Positions 46,361 to 55,740 of a stretch of 64,000 nucleotides of DNA are shown one piece after another. Within the stretch, counting starts at the first letter, position 1. Every line of letters starts with the position of its first letter. The stretch comes from Kiritimatiellia bacterium. Its GTDB lineage: Bacteria > Verrucomicrobiota > Kiritimatiellia > RFP12 > UBA1067. Under the pieces are notes generated by a model that saw nothing but the letters and a program-made list of their open reading frames with translations, had not been told where the DNA came from and did no database searches. The position numbers and the translations under genes were made by a program. The stretch spans positions 11,475 through 75,474 of the forward strand of contig JAGCAM010000079.1 in NCBI GenBank assembly GCA_017652705.1, read 5' to 3'.

Positions 46361-49300
46361 TCACTTCACCGTGACGGTCTTCTCGGACGAGACTCCGGTC
46401 ATCACGTCGGTTACGACGATCTTCCAGCGGTCGACGCTTTCGTTGAACGCCACGCGGAAGTCGCACGACGCCCTGCCCCCCTTCGCGTCCACCAGCTTGA
46501 ACTTGACGGGCGCGAGGCGCTCGAAGCTTTCGCCCTCCGGCGGCAGCATTTCGAAGCGCAGCACGTGGGTGACGGGCTTCGCCCCCGCGTCGCCGGCGAC
46601 GACCGCCGCCTCCACGTGCAGGTCGGAACCCTTCGCCGCCGAATCCGGCGCGTTCACCTCCACCGCCTTCACCTCGTAGGGCAGCAGCGCGTAGAAGCAC
46701 TCGTCGAGCCCGTTGAACACCACCGGTATCGCGTCGGTGCGGCCGACGGGTCTGCCCGCGCGGATGTCGTAGACCCAGTTCGTCGAGGCGAGTTTGACCT
46801 CCGCCTTCATCGGGAAGCGCTCGCAGCTGCGGCCCGACTTCTCCACTCCGAGGCACACCGCGCCGTCGCGCGTGAAGCGCGTGAATTCGGCCGGCACCGT
46901 CACTCCGTCGGCCACCGCCCGCGCGAACGGCCGGTGCCCGCAGGCCGCGAAAACGCGGCGGAACGCCTCGTTCGCCGCGCCGAGTTCGCCGCGCCCGTCC
47001 AGAAACGGTATCGCAGCCATGTTGATGTTGAACAGCACCGCCCTGCCCTTGCCGAATTCGCGGACGAAAAACGCCTCCGCGCCGGACGCCGCCCGGGCAT
47101 GCGCCTTCGCGCCGGACGCCCGCAGCGACGCGTCGACCAGAACCCCCTTGATCTCCACCGGCGCGGCGGCGAGCCCCTCCACGCGCAGCGTCGCGTGCTC
47201 GACCTTCGCCTCCGGCGAGAGCCGCTTCACGCCGAAGAGTTCGTCCAACGGAGGCTTCGCGTGGCGGACACCGTCCACCCCGTGCGTCGCGATGCGCGCG
47301 TCGGCGATGACGCTGCCGCCGTTCCTGACGAACGAAATTATCTCCTCGATCTCCTTGTCGCTCAGGATCTGCGTGTAGCCGAGCACCAGCGTCTTGACGC
47401 CTTTCCTGAGGTCGCCCTTCTCGATCATTTCGCTCGAAATGCCGTCCCACTGGAAACCGTGCGCGACCACCAGCCCTTCAAGCGTGCCGCGGGCCTGGCC
47501 GTGGGTGCTCATCTCTTTCACGAGCGGGCTGAGATGGCCGGAGTTGCGGCTCACCAGCACGCGGATGCCGTCGTTCTCGCGCTTGGAACGGGTGGTGAGC
47601 GCCACCGGCCCGCGCATGATTTCGCGGTACGTCGCGAACATCCACCCCGCGCGGCCGGGGTTCACCGACCCGTCGCCTTCGACCATGTAGCTGCCCAGCC
47701 AGAACCAGCTGAAATTGCACCCGTCGAGAAGGCCGTGCCATACCTGCCGTTCGCGAATCGGCCTCTTTACCTTCTTGCCGCCGTACACGCCGATGCACTC
47801 GCCGATGTAGCGGTGCGGAACTGCCCGCGCGAGCTGGATGTCTTCGCTGCCGGCGTAGGGGCAGACCGTGTTGAGGTGCTTGAGCACGTCGTACTTGATG
47901 TTGCCGAGCGTCGACGCGCCGAACCCGAAGCCGATCGACCGGTCGCGCGAACAGACCCCGCGCGCGATCGCCGCCGCCTGGTCGACGAACGCGTCCTCGA
48001 GGTACGTCTGCCGGTCGATCGCCGGCGCAAACACGCCGTCCTTCTGCCGTTCCTCTATCAGCTTCTGCTCGATTTCGAGAAAATCCTTCACCGACGTCTT
48101 CCACACGGCGTTGAGCTTGTCGACCGTGCCGTACTTCTTCTTCAGCCAGAAGAGGAAGTTCACGTACTGCGGCGACTCGGCGGGTTTCGCCGCCTTCACC
48201 GCCTCGAGCGTGACGTCTTTCCAGTCGGCGAACTTCGTGTTCAGATGCGCGTTCATCACTTCCACCCTGTCGTACGCGTCGCGCATCGCCGCGACGACCG
48301 TCGGCAGTTCGTTCGGCGTCAGGTTCTCGACCATCTTCGCCACCGAATCGCGGTCGGTTCCGAACAGCCGGAAGTCCTTCACCCCCTGCCTGCGCAGGTT
48401 CTCGGCCTTGCGCTCGCGGTACGCCGGCACCCAGTCGGGTATGGTGTTCTGAATTACGCTCGGTGCACCCGAGTCGTCGCCGAGCGAAATGAAGCGCCCG
48501 TTGATTTTCCGACACTGCTCGGCGTGTTCCGCGTAGCGGCGTTCGAGATGCTTCAGCCACCAGCGGCTTGAAATCGAGCAGCCCCTGTCGGAGGTGCTGC
48601 CGGGTATGCGGTCGCGGATGACCGGGTCGCCGCCGCGAAAGCACGATCTGACGTCGCTGGTCTCCCACAGATCAATGCCGCAGTACTGGAAGTATGCAAG
48701 GCGAAGCTCAGCGAATTCGCCGCTGCCGCACGGGTCGGTGGTGAAAATGCGGTAGTCCGCGCCAGCGTCGCCGCGGTGGAGAAAACAGGTCAGCCGCCTG
48801 ACGTCGAAAACCCGGTCGCCTTCAAGGTAGACGTCGATGAAGTTGCAGCTCCAGTCGAGAAACTTCTGGTCGAAGACGATTTCGACCGAATCCGCCGAGG
48901 CGTCGACCGCCGCCTCCACCCGCGAAATGACGCGGTTGCGCACGTCGCGCAGATCGCCGCGCACTTTGAGCCCGCCCGCCGACGCGCCGTTCACCGCCGC
49001 CCTGACCGCGATCTTCTCGCCCGGGTTGAACGTGCCGCGCCCGGCCGAGAACCGAACTTCGCCGAACTCCGGCGGCGCGATCTCCGCGCGGCAGTAGGCG
49101 CCGCCGCAGCCGCACTTGACCGGCTTGCCTGGCTTGATCACCAGTTCGCCTGAAGCGAAATCGAGCAGCTTGCCGCCCGCCTCGAGCCGCGCGTCGACCG
49201 TGTAGCGGCCCGCGCCGAGCCGCGGCGCCGCGAGCGTCACGTGGTTGGTGCCCGCCGGCAGATCCACCGCGGGGCGGTCCGGGCCCGCCAGAAGCCTGCC

Positions 49301-51379
49301 GAACGTGTCGCGTACCCGCCAGACGACTTCGCCCTTCCACGCCGGGCCCGCGGTGGTCAGCGTCGCCGCCGCACCGGTGCCGCCGTCCTGCACCGGAGCG
49401 CCTACTTCGAGGCAGCGGCGTTTGCCGCGCATGCCCAGCCCCGTCATCACCGCGCGGGCCGCCGCGGCGAGGCAGTATTCGTCTTCGTAGGCGATGTCCG
49501 GCGTGAGCGTCCAGCCGGGCGTGATCAGCGTCGTCAGGCACCACCCGGCCGCCCTGCCCGGATTGTAGCAGGCGAACGAACCCTTGCCGAACGCCGCGGT
49601 CGCGACGCCGGGCAGCCGGCAGTCGATCGACTTTTCAAGATCGAACCTCCCGCCGCCTTCCGGACGCACGAGTTTCACCATCCCCTTCGGGTTGCCCCGC
49701 GCGAGTTCTTTTTCGTGCTCGACTTCGCGGCCGAACACGTTGTTGCCGTTCACCACCACCACCTTCGCCCCTTCGAGCATCCGCCCGTAAAGCCAGCACT
49801 GCAGCTCCATCGGCCACGCATCGATCGACGTGCCGAGAAAGACGAACTGTTCGTACGGCGTCTCCTTGAGCATCCGCTCGAGCATCTTGCGCTTCTCCGG
49901 CGCGAGCATCAGGCCTTCGTAGAAATAGTCGCTCGTCTTGCCGAGACCGCGGTCGAAACACTGAAAAACGTCCGCGTCGACGTCAAGCCGGTTCATCAGC
50001 GCCCACGCCTCCCACGCGCCGTGCTGGTGGGCGCAGACGAGCGTCTTGCCGGACGCCCGCTCCGCGAGGTTCTTCGCCCACGGGAACAGCGTCGGTTCGC
50101 TGTTCCGGCGTTCCCACGGCTTCGGCGTTCGCTCCGGCTCCTCGGCGAATTTGTCCGGCGCGTCGGCCGGCGGGTTGATCTTCACCGGCACGCGCACTTT
50201 CTTCTCCGTGCGCATCAGGTTGCGCACGCACTCCCAGTAGGCGTTTTCGAACGCGGCGTCCCACGCTTTGTTCTTGCGTTCCAGCTCCGAAACCGCCGCG
50301 ATGTCCAGCTTCGCCGCGGCAAGCACGTTCGACCTGGCCGTCTCGTATTCGCCCCGCTGGCTGGATATCCGCCTGAGGACGTCGCCGAAGAACCCCTTTC
50401 TCGGCGGCTCGGTTATTGATGCTACGAAATCGTCGAGACGCTTGAGTTTCGCCCCGCAGCCGGCTATGCACTCCTTGCCCTTGGCGAGATAGCTGAGCCG
50501 CGACTCGCGGCCGTGGTCGACCACCACGTATTCCGAATCGGTCTGCACGTAGATCGTGCGCCGGTCGAGATCAGGATACGCCAGCCGCAGCCCGTCAACC
50601 GGGTTCTTCGGCGTCTTCTCCACCAGCACGCACTTGCCGTAGAGCTCGGCGTTGTGGTGGGTCTGCCCCTGGGTCGACCAGCCCAGCACCGCCATCGCTT
50701 CGCGCGTCGAGTCGGGCGGCAGTCCGGAACCAGGTTTCGGATACCACGTCTTCCAGAGCCTGATACGCGCGGGCTCCATGCCGAAAATGTAGCCGACTTT
50801 CGCTTTCATCTCCAAGTGCGTCAGCGCGAAGCGCGCCTCCACCTGCCAGTAGTCCTTGCCGATCGTGTACGCCTTGTCCCAGTCGGAGTTGAGCCCGTAG
50901 TTGCTGTCGGCGAGAATGCCCCAGCCGAAGTCGTAGTACCAGATGATCTCCTTCTCGTCGGTCGGGTTCAGCCAGATCTGGAACTTCGTGTGGCGGTCGT
51001 TGTTGCCGTCGAGGTGCAGTTCGACGTTGTCCCGCCAGATGAAGTTCCGCCGGCGGTCGTTGCGCGCGTCGTTGAACCGCTTCATGTTCTCCGGGGTGTC
51101 CTCCCAGCAGGTGGCCAGCACGTAAAAGTACTTGTCGTCCCAGAGACACCTGAATTCGGTGCGCGGCGTCTTCCACCGCGTGTCGATGGAGACCGTCGTG
51201 CAGCCGAATTCCGTCAGCGGCACGGCGCGTTTCCAGTCGGCCTCGTCCATCTTGCCGTCGATGACGACGGGGGCGGTCGCCTTCTCGACGAAGTGCAGTT
51301 TGAAACTGTCGGTCGTCTTGTCGGCCGCCTGCGCGGCCGCCGCGATCGAAACCGCTGCCAGTATGGTCGTCTTTTTCAT
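46361..51379 (-). CDS. Giant secreted multidomain protein: an N-terminal CBM9-like domain, a central region of unknown function, and a C-terminal GH42-like TIM barrel with a GATase1-like trimerisation domain and a beta domain.
   Basis: The 1672-aa ORF has a signal peptide. The CBM9-like motif is VIDGKMDEADWKRAVPLTEF. A GH42 trimerisation-like motif is KTLVLGYTQILSDKEIEEIISFVRNGGSVIADARIA. The architecture parallels the next gene. Confidence 0.55.
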   Translation of the reverse strand: MKKTTILAAVSIAAAAQAADKTTDSFKLHFVEKATAPVVIDGKMDEADWKRAVPLTEFGCTTVSIDTRWKTPRTEFRCLWDDKYFYVLATCWEDTPENMKRFNDARNDRRRNFIWRDNVELHLDGNNDRHTKFQIWLNPTDEKEIIWYYDFGWGILADSNYGLNSDWDKAYTIGKDYWQVEARFALTHLEMKAKVGYIFGMEPARIRLWKTWYPKPGSGLPPDSTREAMAVLGWSTQGQTHHNAELYGKCVLVEKTPKNPVDGLRLAYPDLDRRTIYVQTDSEYVVVDHGRESRLSYLAKGKECIAGCGAKLKRLDDFVASITEPPRKGFFGDVLRRISSQRGEYETARSNVLAAAKLDIAAVSELERKNKAWDAAFENAYWECVRNLMRTEKKVRVPVKINPPADAPDKFAEEPERTPKPWERRNSEPTLFPWAKNLAERASGKTLVCAHQHGAWEAWALMNRLDVDADVFQCFDRGLGKTSDYFYEGLMLAPEKRKMLERMLKETPYEQFVFLGTSIDAWPMELQCWLYGRMLEGAKVVVVNGNNVFGREVEHEKELARGNPKGMVKLVRPEGGGRFDLEKSIDCRLPGVATAAFGKGSFACYNPGRAAGWCLTTLITPGWTLTPDIAYEDEYCLAAAARAVMTGLGMRGKRRCLEVGAPVQDGGTGAAATLTTAGPAWKGEVVWRVRDTFGRLLAGPDRPAVDLPAGTNHVTLAAPRLGAGRYTVDARLEAGGKLLDFASGELVIKPGKPVKCGCGGAYCRAEIAPPEFGEVRFSAGRGTFNPGEKIAVRAAVNGASAGGLKVRGDLRDVRNRVISRVEAAVDASADSVEIVFDQKFLDWSCNFIDVYLEGDRVFDVRRLTCFLHRGDAGADYRIFTTDPCGSGEFAELRLAYFQYCGIDLWETSDVRSCFRGGDPVIRDRIPGSTSDRGCSISSRWWLKHLERRYAEHAEQCRKINGRFISLGDDSGAPSVIQNTIPDWVPAYRERKAENLRRQGVKDFRLFGTDRDSVAKMVENLTPNELPTVVAAMRDAYDRVEVMNAHLNTKFADWKDVTLEAVKAAKPAESPQYVNFLFWLKKKYGTVDKLNAVWKTSVKDFLEIEQKLIEERQKDGVFAPAIDRQTYLEDAFVDQAAAIARGVCSRDRSIGFGFGASTLGNIKYDVLKHLNTVCPYAGSEDIQLARAVPHRYIGECIGVYGGKKVKRPIRERQVWHGLLDGCNFSWFWLGSYMVEGDGSVNPGRAGWMFATYREIMRGPVALTTRSKRENDGIRVLVSRNSGHLSPLVKEMSTHGQARGTLEGLVVAHGFQWDGISSEMIEKGDLRKGVKTLVLGYTQILSDKEIEEIISFVRNGGSVIADARIATHGVDGVRHAKPPLDELFGVKRLSPEAKVEHATLRVEGLAAAPVEIKGVLVDASLRASGAKAHARAASGAEAFFVREFGKGRAVLFNINMAAIPFLDGRGELGAANEAFRRVFAACGHRPFARAVADGVTVPAEFTRFTRDGAVCLGVEKSGRSCERFPMKAEVKLASTNWVYDIRAGRPVGRTDAIPVVFNGLDECFYALLPYEVKAVEVNAPDSAAKGSDLHVEAAVVAGDAGAKPVTHVLRFEMLPPEGESFERLAPVKFKLVDAKGGRASCDFRVAFNESVDRWKIVVTDVMTGVSSEKTVTVK

Positions 51380-51419
51380 TCGCTTTTCTCCCCCGCGCCG
51401 CGGAATCTTTCCGCAACGC

Positions 51420-54400
51420 TCATTTCACCGGTGCCGCGAGCGTCACCGCCGCCGCGCTTTCAAGCCCGGTCGCCATGTCGCGCAGCACAACTTTGTAACG
51501 TCCGGGCGCGTCGGAATACGGGAACTGGAAGTCCACCTTCGTCTTGCGGTCCGCGCAGAACAGCGTTTCGCGGTTCGCGATGCGCGCGCCTGCGGGCGAC
51601 TCAGTCTCCAGCCGGTATACCGAGCCTTTGCGCAAAACCGCCGTGTCCAGCGAAATCTCGTCGCCGGGCGCGATTTCCGTCTTCGTCAGCCTGACTTCGG
51701 GCGGCCGCTGCTCGGTCTTGAACGCCGCGTAGAGCGCATGCGGTTTCTCGAGACGCGCGATCGTTATGCGGTCGGACCGGCCGATGAAACCGACATCGGA
51801 TTCATACACCCACTTCTCCTCGCCGAGCTCGATTTCCGCCCGCTTGCCGAGATTGTAGGTGCTGGTGACGAACCCGAGCAGCGTCATGTCGCCGAGTTCG
51901 CGGATCCGGAACTTGACACCGTCCGTCGAAATCCCGGAAAGCTTCTCCTTCACCGTTATCCCGCTCTCGGCGAGCAGCGCGGTTATCCGGTCGTCTTTCC
52001 AGCCGCGCTTGAGCTCCTTCCATAGACCGGAGAGCGGCGGTTTTTCGCGGCGCGCGAGGTATCCGTCGAGAACGCCCGGTTCGCAGTCGGAATATATCTT
52101 GCCGCCGCGTTTCGCGAACTTGGCGAGCGCGGCGGTTTCGCCGTCGTCGAGGGCGACCGCGCCGGAGAGAAACAACGCCTTCATCTCGTCCAGCCTGCAC
52201 AGCGACCGCCGGGTGACGATCGCCGTGTCCATGCCGTTGCGGTAGCAGTAGTCGATGAACGCGCCGTTGCCCTCGCGGGCGGACGGAAAATCGTCCGAAA
52301 GCGTCGACGCGTGGTTGGAGGCGTGGGAATAGTAGATCGCGAAGGCGCTTTTCCGCATCGGCACCCGGCACAGCAGCGCGCCGATCCCGCGCGACAGCGG
52401 CCTCCACGTGGGCAGCATGCGCTTCACGTACGGTGCCGGCTGAAAATCGCTCGACATTCCGGACTCCGCGCTCGCGGGGTCCATCTGGAACCAGAGGTCG
52501 GCGTTGAGGGTTCCGCACAGCACGTACCCCCACTGCTCCGCGGCGAAACCGTCGCGCGGCGAGCGTTGGTAGCCGCCCCACCAGATGCCGCGCAGGCAGC
52601 GCGGCGCGATGTTGCGCACCAGTTCGTCGTCGACCTTGTTGCCGTACGGCCCCCAGAACTCCAGTTTCGAAAGCGTGTATTCGATGTCGGCGCCGGGCGA
52701 CCCCTCCGCGCCGCAGCGCGCTTTCGGGTCGCGCTTCTTGATTATCGCCGTCAGTTCGTGGAATGTGTCGGCGTAGAGGTGCTCCGCGTACTGCACCTGG
52801 TCGTACCACGTCACCCAGTCGTTCGCCGCCCTGGACGCTTTCACGCGCACGTGCGGCGCCTCCGCGAAGTCCGCTATGTTGGTGCCGTGCGCCCGGTTGT
52901 ACGCCGCAAGCGTGCCGTAACGCTTCTTCAGATAATCGCGGTAGTACCCTTCGCTCTCGGCGTCGCCGAAGCCGATGTCGGACGAATACCCGCACTCGTC
53001 GCCGAAACTCCAGGCGAGCGGTCCGTACGGCAGCGTTGCGTCGATTCTCTTGTTGTAGAAACGCGCGAGCCGCTCGCGGACCGCCGGCCGGTGCACGTTG
53101 AGGTCGTGCCCGTTCGCGTCCCACCACTGCTTGATTTCGGGATCGCCGCGCGACGATTTCGGTATCGGGCATTGCGTCGTCCACACCGTGCCGCTGGGAC
53201 CGGCGGCGAGGCACACGCGCGTCGAATACGGCAACGCCCGACCGTTGAATATCGCGCTCAGCGAGCCGGACGACAGATGGTTGTTGTAGCCGATTTCATC
53301 CATCAGCGGGGGCGCGAAGAGTTCCGCGAGATTGCCTGGGCCGATGCCGTCCCAGCAGATCATCGCGTAGTCTTCGAAACGGTGCGTCGGGAAGAACACC
53401 AGTTTCTTCACCTTCGCCGCCGCGCCCCCGTCGGCCTTCCTCAACGTCACGTCGACGCACCCCGCCTTCGTCGGGAACGGCTTCGCGGCGATCTGATACC
53501 TCACGCTCCGCGCGCCGCCGCCCACCGGAATCTTGCACCTGGCCCGCACCTGGCGGTAGGGCATGTCGCGCAGCAGCACATCGACCGTCCACTTCTCCCC
53601 ACGAGGCACGGGCTTCTCCCACGCGATCACCGTGTCGAACCGGCAGCCCTCCGCTACCACCATCCTGTTCGTGCCGTTGACGGTCATCGCCCCGACCGGG
53701 CTCTGCACCGTAAACTTCCTCACCGACGCGAAATCGTCGCAGCCGCCGCTCCCCGGCACCACGTCGACGTAGTAGTCGCCCCCGGAGTAACCGGATATGT
53801 CGACCGCGAACACGTTGCGCCCGGCCTTGACCGGCGCCGTCTCGTCGACCAGCAGTTCGTTGTCAGACGATCTCACCCGGTACTTCACCGAATCGCACGC
53901 GCCGCGGGGCGCGGCTTCCACGGTGAACGGATACAGCTCGGTGCCGAGCGGCAGCGGCTCGGCCACGCCGGCGGCCTGCGCGAATTTAACCGTCGACGCC
54001 GGGTTGCGCCCCGCCGCGTAACGCGCCGCGTTCATGAAATACGTCGACCGCGTCTCGTAGTTGGCCCTCCACGCGAAGTTCCAGAATTCAGGCACCGGCA
54101 CGTCGATGCACACCACGCGCCCCCTGCCGTAGCGGTACGCCCTCACCGCCTTCGGCGACAGCCCCGCCGCCGACAGTATCCGCCGGCCTTCCTCGTCGGG
54201 CTCGAGGTACTTCTCGTCGGGCACCAGATCGCGCCCAACCCTGGAACCCCGCAGCACCAGCCCCACCCCCTCGTCATGCACCCGCCTGACGATCTCGCAG
54301 CGGTACACCGCCGGTATGCCGGACGGATAGGTGTAGTGAAGCACGATCACTTCGGGGTTTTTCGCCAGCATCGTTTCAAACTGACGGTAGCGCGGCAGCG

Positions 54401-55667
54401 GCAGCCCCCCGGTCACGAGATCGGCGAAGATCGACGAATATCCGAACGGCATCGGGAAAACATCCACCTTGAAATCGCAGCGCTGGCAGACCTCAACCGC
54501 ATCGCGGACCCACGGCCCGGTTCCGGTTATGCACAGCACCTTCGCCGCGCCGCCGAGCGATTTTTCGCACCATTTCAGATGCGGCGTCACGTACGCCGTC
54601 TGACTCGGATTCCACCTGAACCAGCCGTTGTGGCCGTCGTACTCCTTCGGCGGGTTGAGGTCGTATGTGCCGGCGAGCCGCAGCTTCTTCGGCGGCAGCG
54701 GCTTCTCCATCGTCGCCATCCTGACTATGTTGGTGAGCGCGGCGTCCGTCTCCGCCTTGTCCGCCGCGGCGATTTCGTCGAGCGTCTCCTGTATCGTCTT
54801 CGATATCTCGCGCGTGCCGTCTTCGTCGTGCAGGTAGCTCTTGCCGCCGATGCCGACCGCCCAGTACCCTGGCACGCGCTTCTCGATCATCTTAAGTATC
54901 GTCGCCGCGGCTGGCTTCGCCCCGTCGGAAAACTGCAGATACCCGAACCTGTTCGCCGAGAAAAAGCTCGCCATCACCGCCGAAGCGCCGAAATCGCCCC
55001 AGCCGCGCTCGGTGAAACGGAACCGCGAATGGTTGAACCGCCACACTTCGCCCGGCCTGACCTTCGCCCGCCCGTGCAGCGCCGCCCACGGTATGAAAAG
55101 CTCGAATTCCCAGCGGTCGCTGAATATCTTCGCCGCGCTCTTGATGCCGTCGGGCTTCCACGCCGGCTGCGGATTGTTCGGATCCATTCTCCAGAGCGTG
55201 GAACAGACGCCGAGCGAATTGACCATGAACTTGTAGAACCCGACCGCGTCGCCGACCGGATCAAGGTAAATCTCGCCGATGTCGTCGGTCTCGATCGCAT
55301 TGTCGCCGCTCTTGCGGGCCCGTTGCCGCAGATTGCCGGGCTGCGACTCGGGGTTGCACACCCCGACGTACAACCCCGCGTCGTCGTACATGATCGCCGC
55401 GCTCGTGCCCTCGAACTTGTGCTTCGGCCGCGGTTTTATGTATTCGTAGTAGACCGTGTGCGGCATGGCGTCTTTCCAGCACGCATCGTCGAGCGCCCCG
55501 TCGATTTTCGGCGGCGTCTTCGCCGGCATCGCCACGTCAAATGAGATTTCCGCCACGTCCACCGCCTGCACCGCCGCCGCGAACACTGCCGCAACGCCGC
55601 ATACCGCGGCCCTCAATGCCGTCAAGCGGCCGGTATGTCGGTCGACAAAAGATTTTTCAGTTTTCAT
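51420..55667 (-). CDS. Giant secreted multidomain protein paralogous to the previous gene: CBM9-like N-terminus and a GH42-like beta-galactosidase-type region.
   Basis: The start was chosen at MKTEKSFVDRHTGRLTALRAAVCGVAAVFAAAVQA, a signal peptide. The CBM9-like motif is PPKIDGALDDACWKDAMPHT. The TIM-barrel region includes WSFGDECGYS. The trimerisation-like motif is MKALFLSGAVALDDGETAALAKFAKRGGKIYSD. Confidence 0.55.
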   Translation of the reverse strand: MKTEKSFVDRHTGRLTALRAAVCGVAAVFAAAVQAVDVAEISFDVAMPAKTPPKIDGALDDACWKDAMPHTVYYEYIKPRPKHKFEGTSAAIMYDDAGLYVGVCNPESQPGNLRQRARKSGDNAIETDDIGEIYLDPVGDAVGFYKFMVNSLGVCSTLWRMDPNNPQPAWKPDGIKSAAKIFSDRWEFELFIPWAALHGRAKVRPGEVWRFNHSRFRFTERGWGDFGASAVMASFFSANRFGYLQFSDGAKPAAATILKMIEKRVPGYWAVGIGGKSYLHDEDGTREISKTIQETLDEIAAADKAETDAALTNIVRMATMEKPLPPKKLRLAGTYDLNPPKEYDGHNGWFRWNPSQTAYVTPHLKWCEKSLGGAAKVLCITGTGPWVRDAVEVCQRCDFKVDVFPMPFGYSSIFADLVTGGLPLPRYRQFETMLAKNPEVIVLHYTYPSGIPAVYRCEIVRRVHDEGVGLVLRGSRVGRDLVPDEKYLEPDEEGRRILSAAGLSPKAVRAYRYGRGRVVCIDVPVPEFWNFAWRANYETRSTYFMNAARYAAGRNPASTVKFAQAAGVAEPLPLGTELYPFTVEAAPRGACDSVKYRVRSSDNELLVDETAPVKAGRNVFAVDISGYSGGDYYVDVVPGSGGCDDFASVRKFTVQSPVGAMTVNGTNRMVVAEGCRFDTVIAWEKPVPRGEKWTVDVLLRDMPYRQVRARCKIPVGGGARSVRYQIAAKPFPTKAGCVDVTLRKADGGAAAKVKKLVFFPTHRFEDYAMICWDGIGPGNLAELFAPPLMDEIGYNNHLSSGSLSAIFNGRALPYSTRVCLAAGPSGTVWTTQCPIPKSSRGDPEIKQWWDANGHDLNVHRPAVRERLARFYNKRIDATLPYGPLAWSFGDECGYSSDIGFGDAESEGYYRDYLKKRYGTLAAYNRAHGTNIADFAEAPHVRVKASRAANDWVTWYDQVQYAEHLYADTFHELTAIIKKRDPKARCGAEGSPGADIEYTLSKLEFWGPYGNKVDDELVRNIAPRCLRGIWWGGYQRSPRDGFAAEQWGYVLCGTLNADLWFQMDPASAESGMSSDFQPAPYVKRMLPTWRPLSRGIGALLCRVPMRKSAFAIYYSHASNHASTLSDDFPSAREGNGAFIDYCYRNGMDTAIVTRRSLCRLDEMKALFLSGAVALDDGETAALAKFAKRGGKIYSDCEPGVLDGYLARREKPPLSGLWKELKRGWKDDRITALLAESGITVKEKLSGISTDGVKFRIRELGDMTLLGFVTSTYNLGKRAEIELGEEKWVYESDVGFIGRSDRITIARLEKPHALYAAFKTEQRPPEVRLTKTEIAPGDEISLDTAVLRKGSVYRLETESPAGARIANRETLFCADRKTKVDFQFPYSDAPGRYKVVLRDMATGLESAAAVTLAAPVK

Positions 55668-55740
55668 GAAGTTAATTCTACCAAAATACGCCGCCAAGGG
55701 CAATAGCACGCGCCGGACGCGGTACGTCGGCGGCTGTCAC

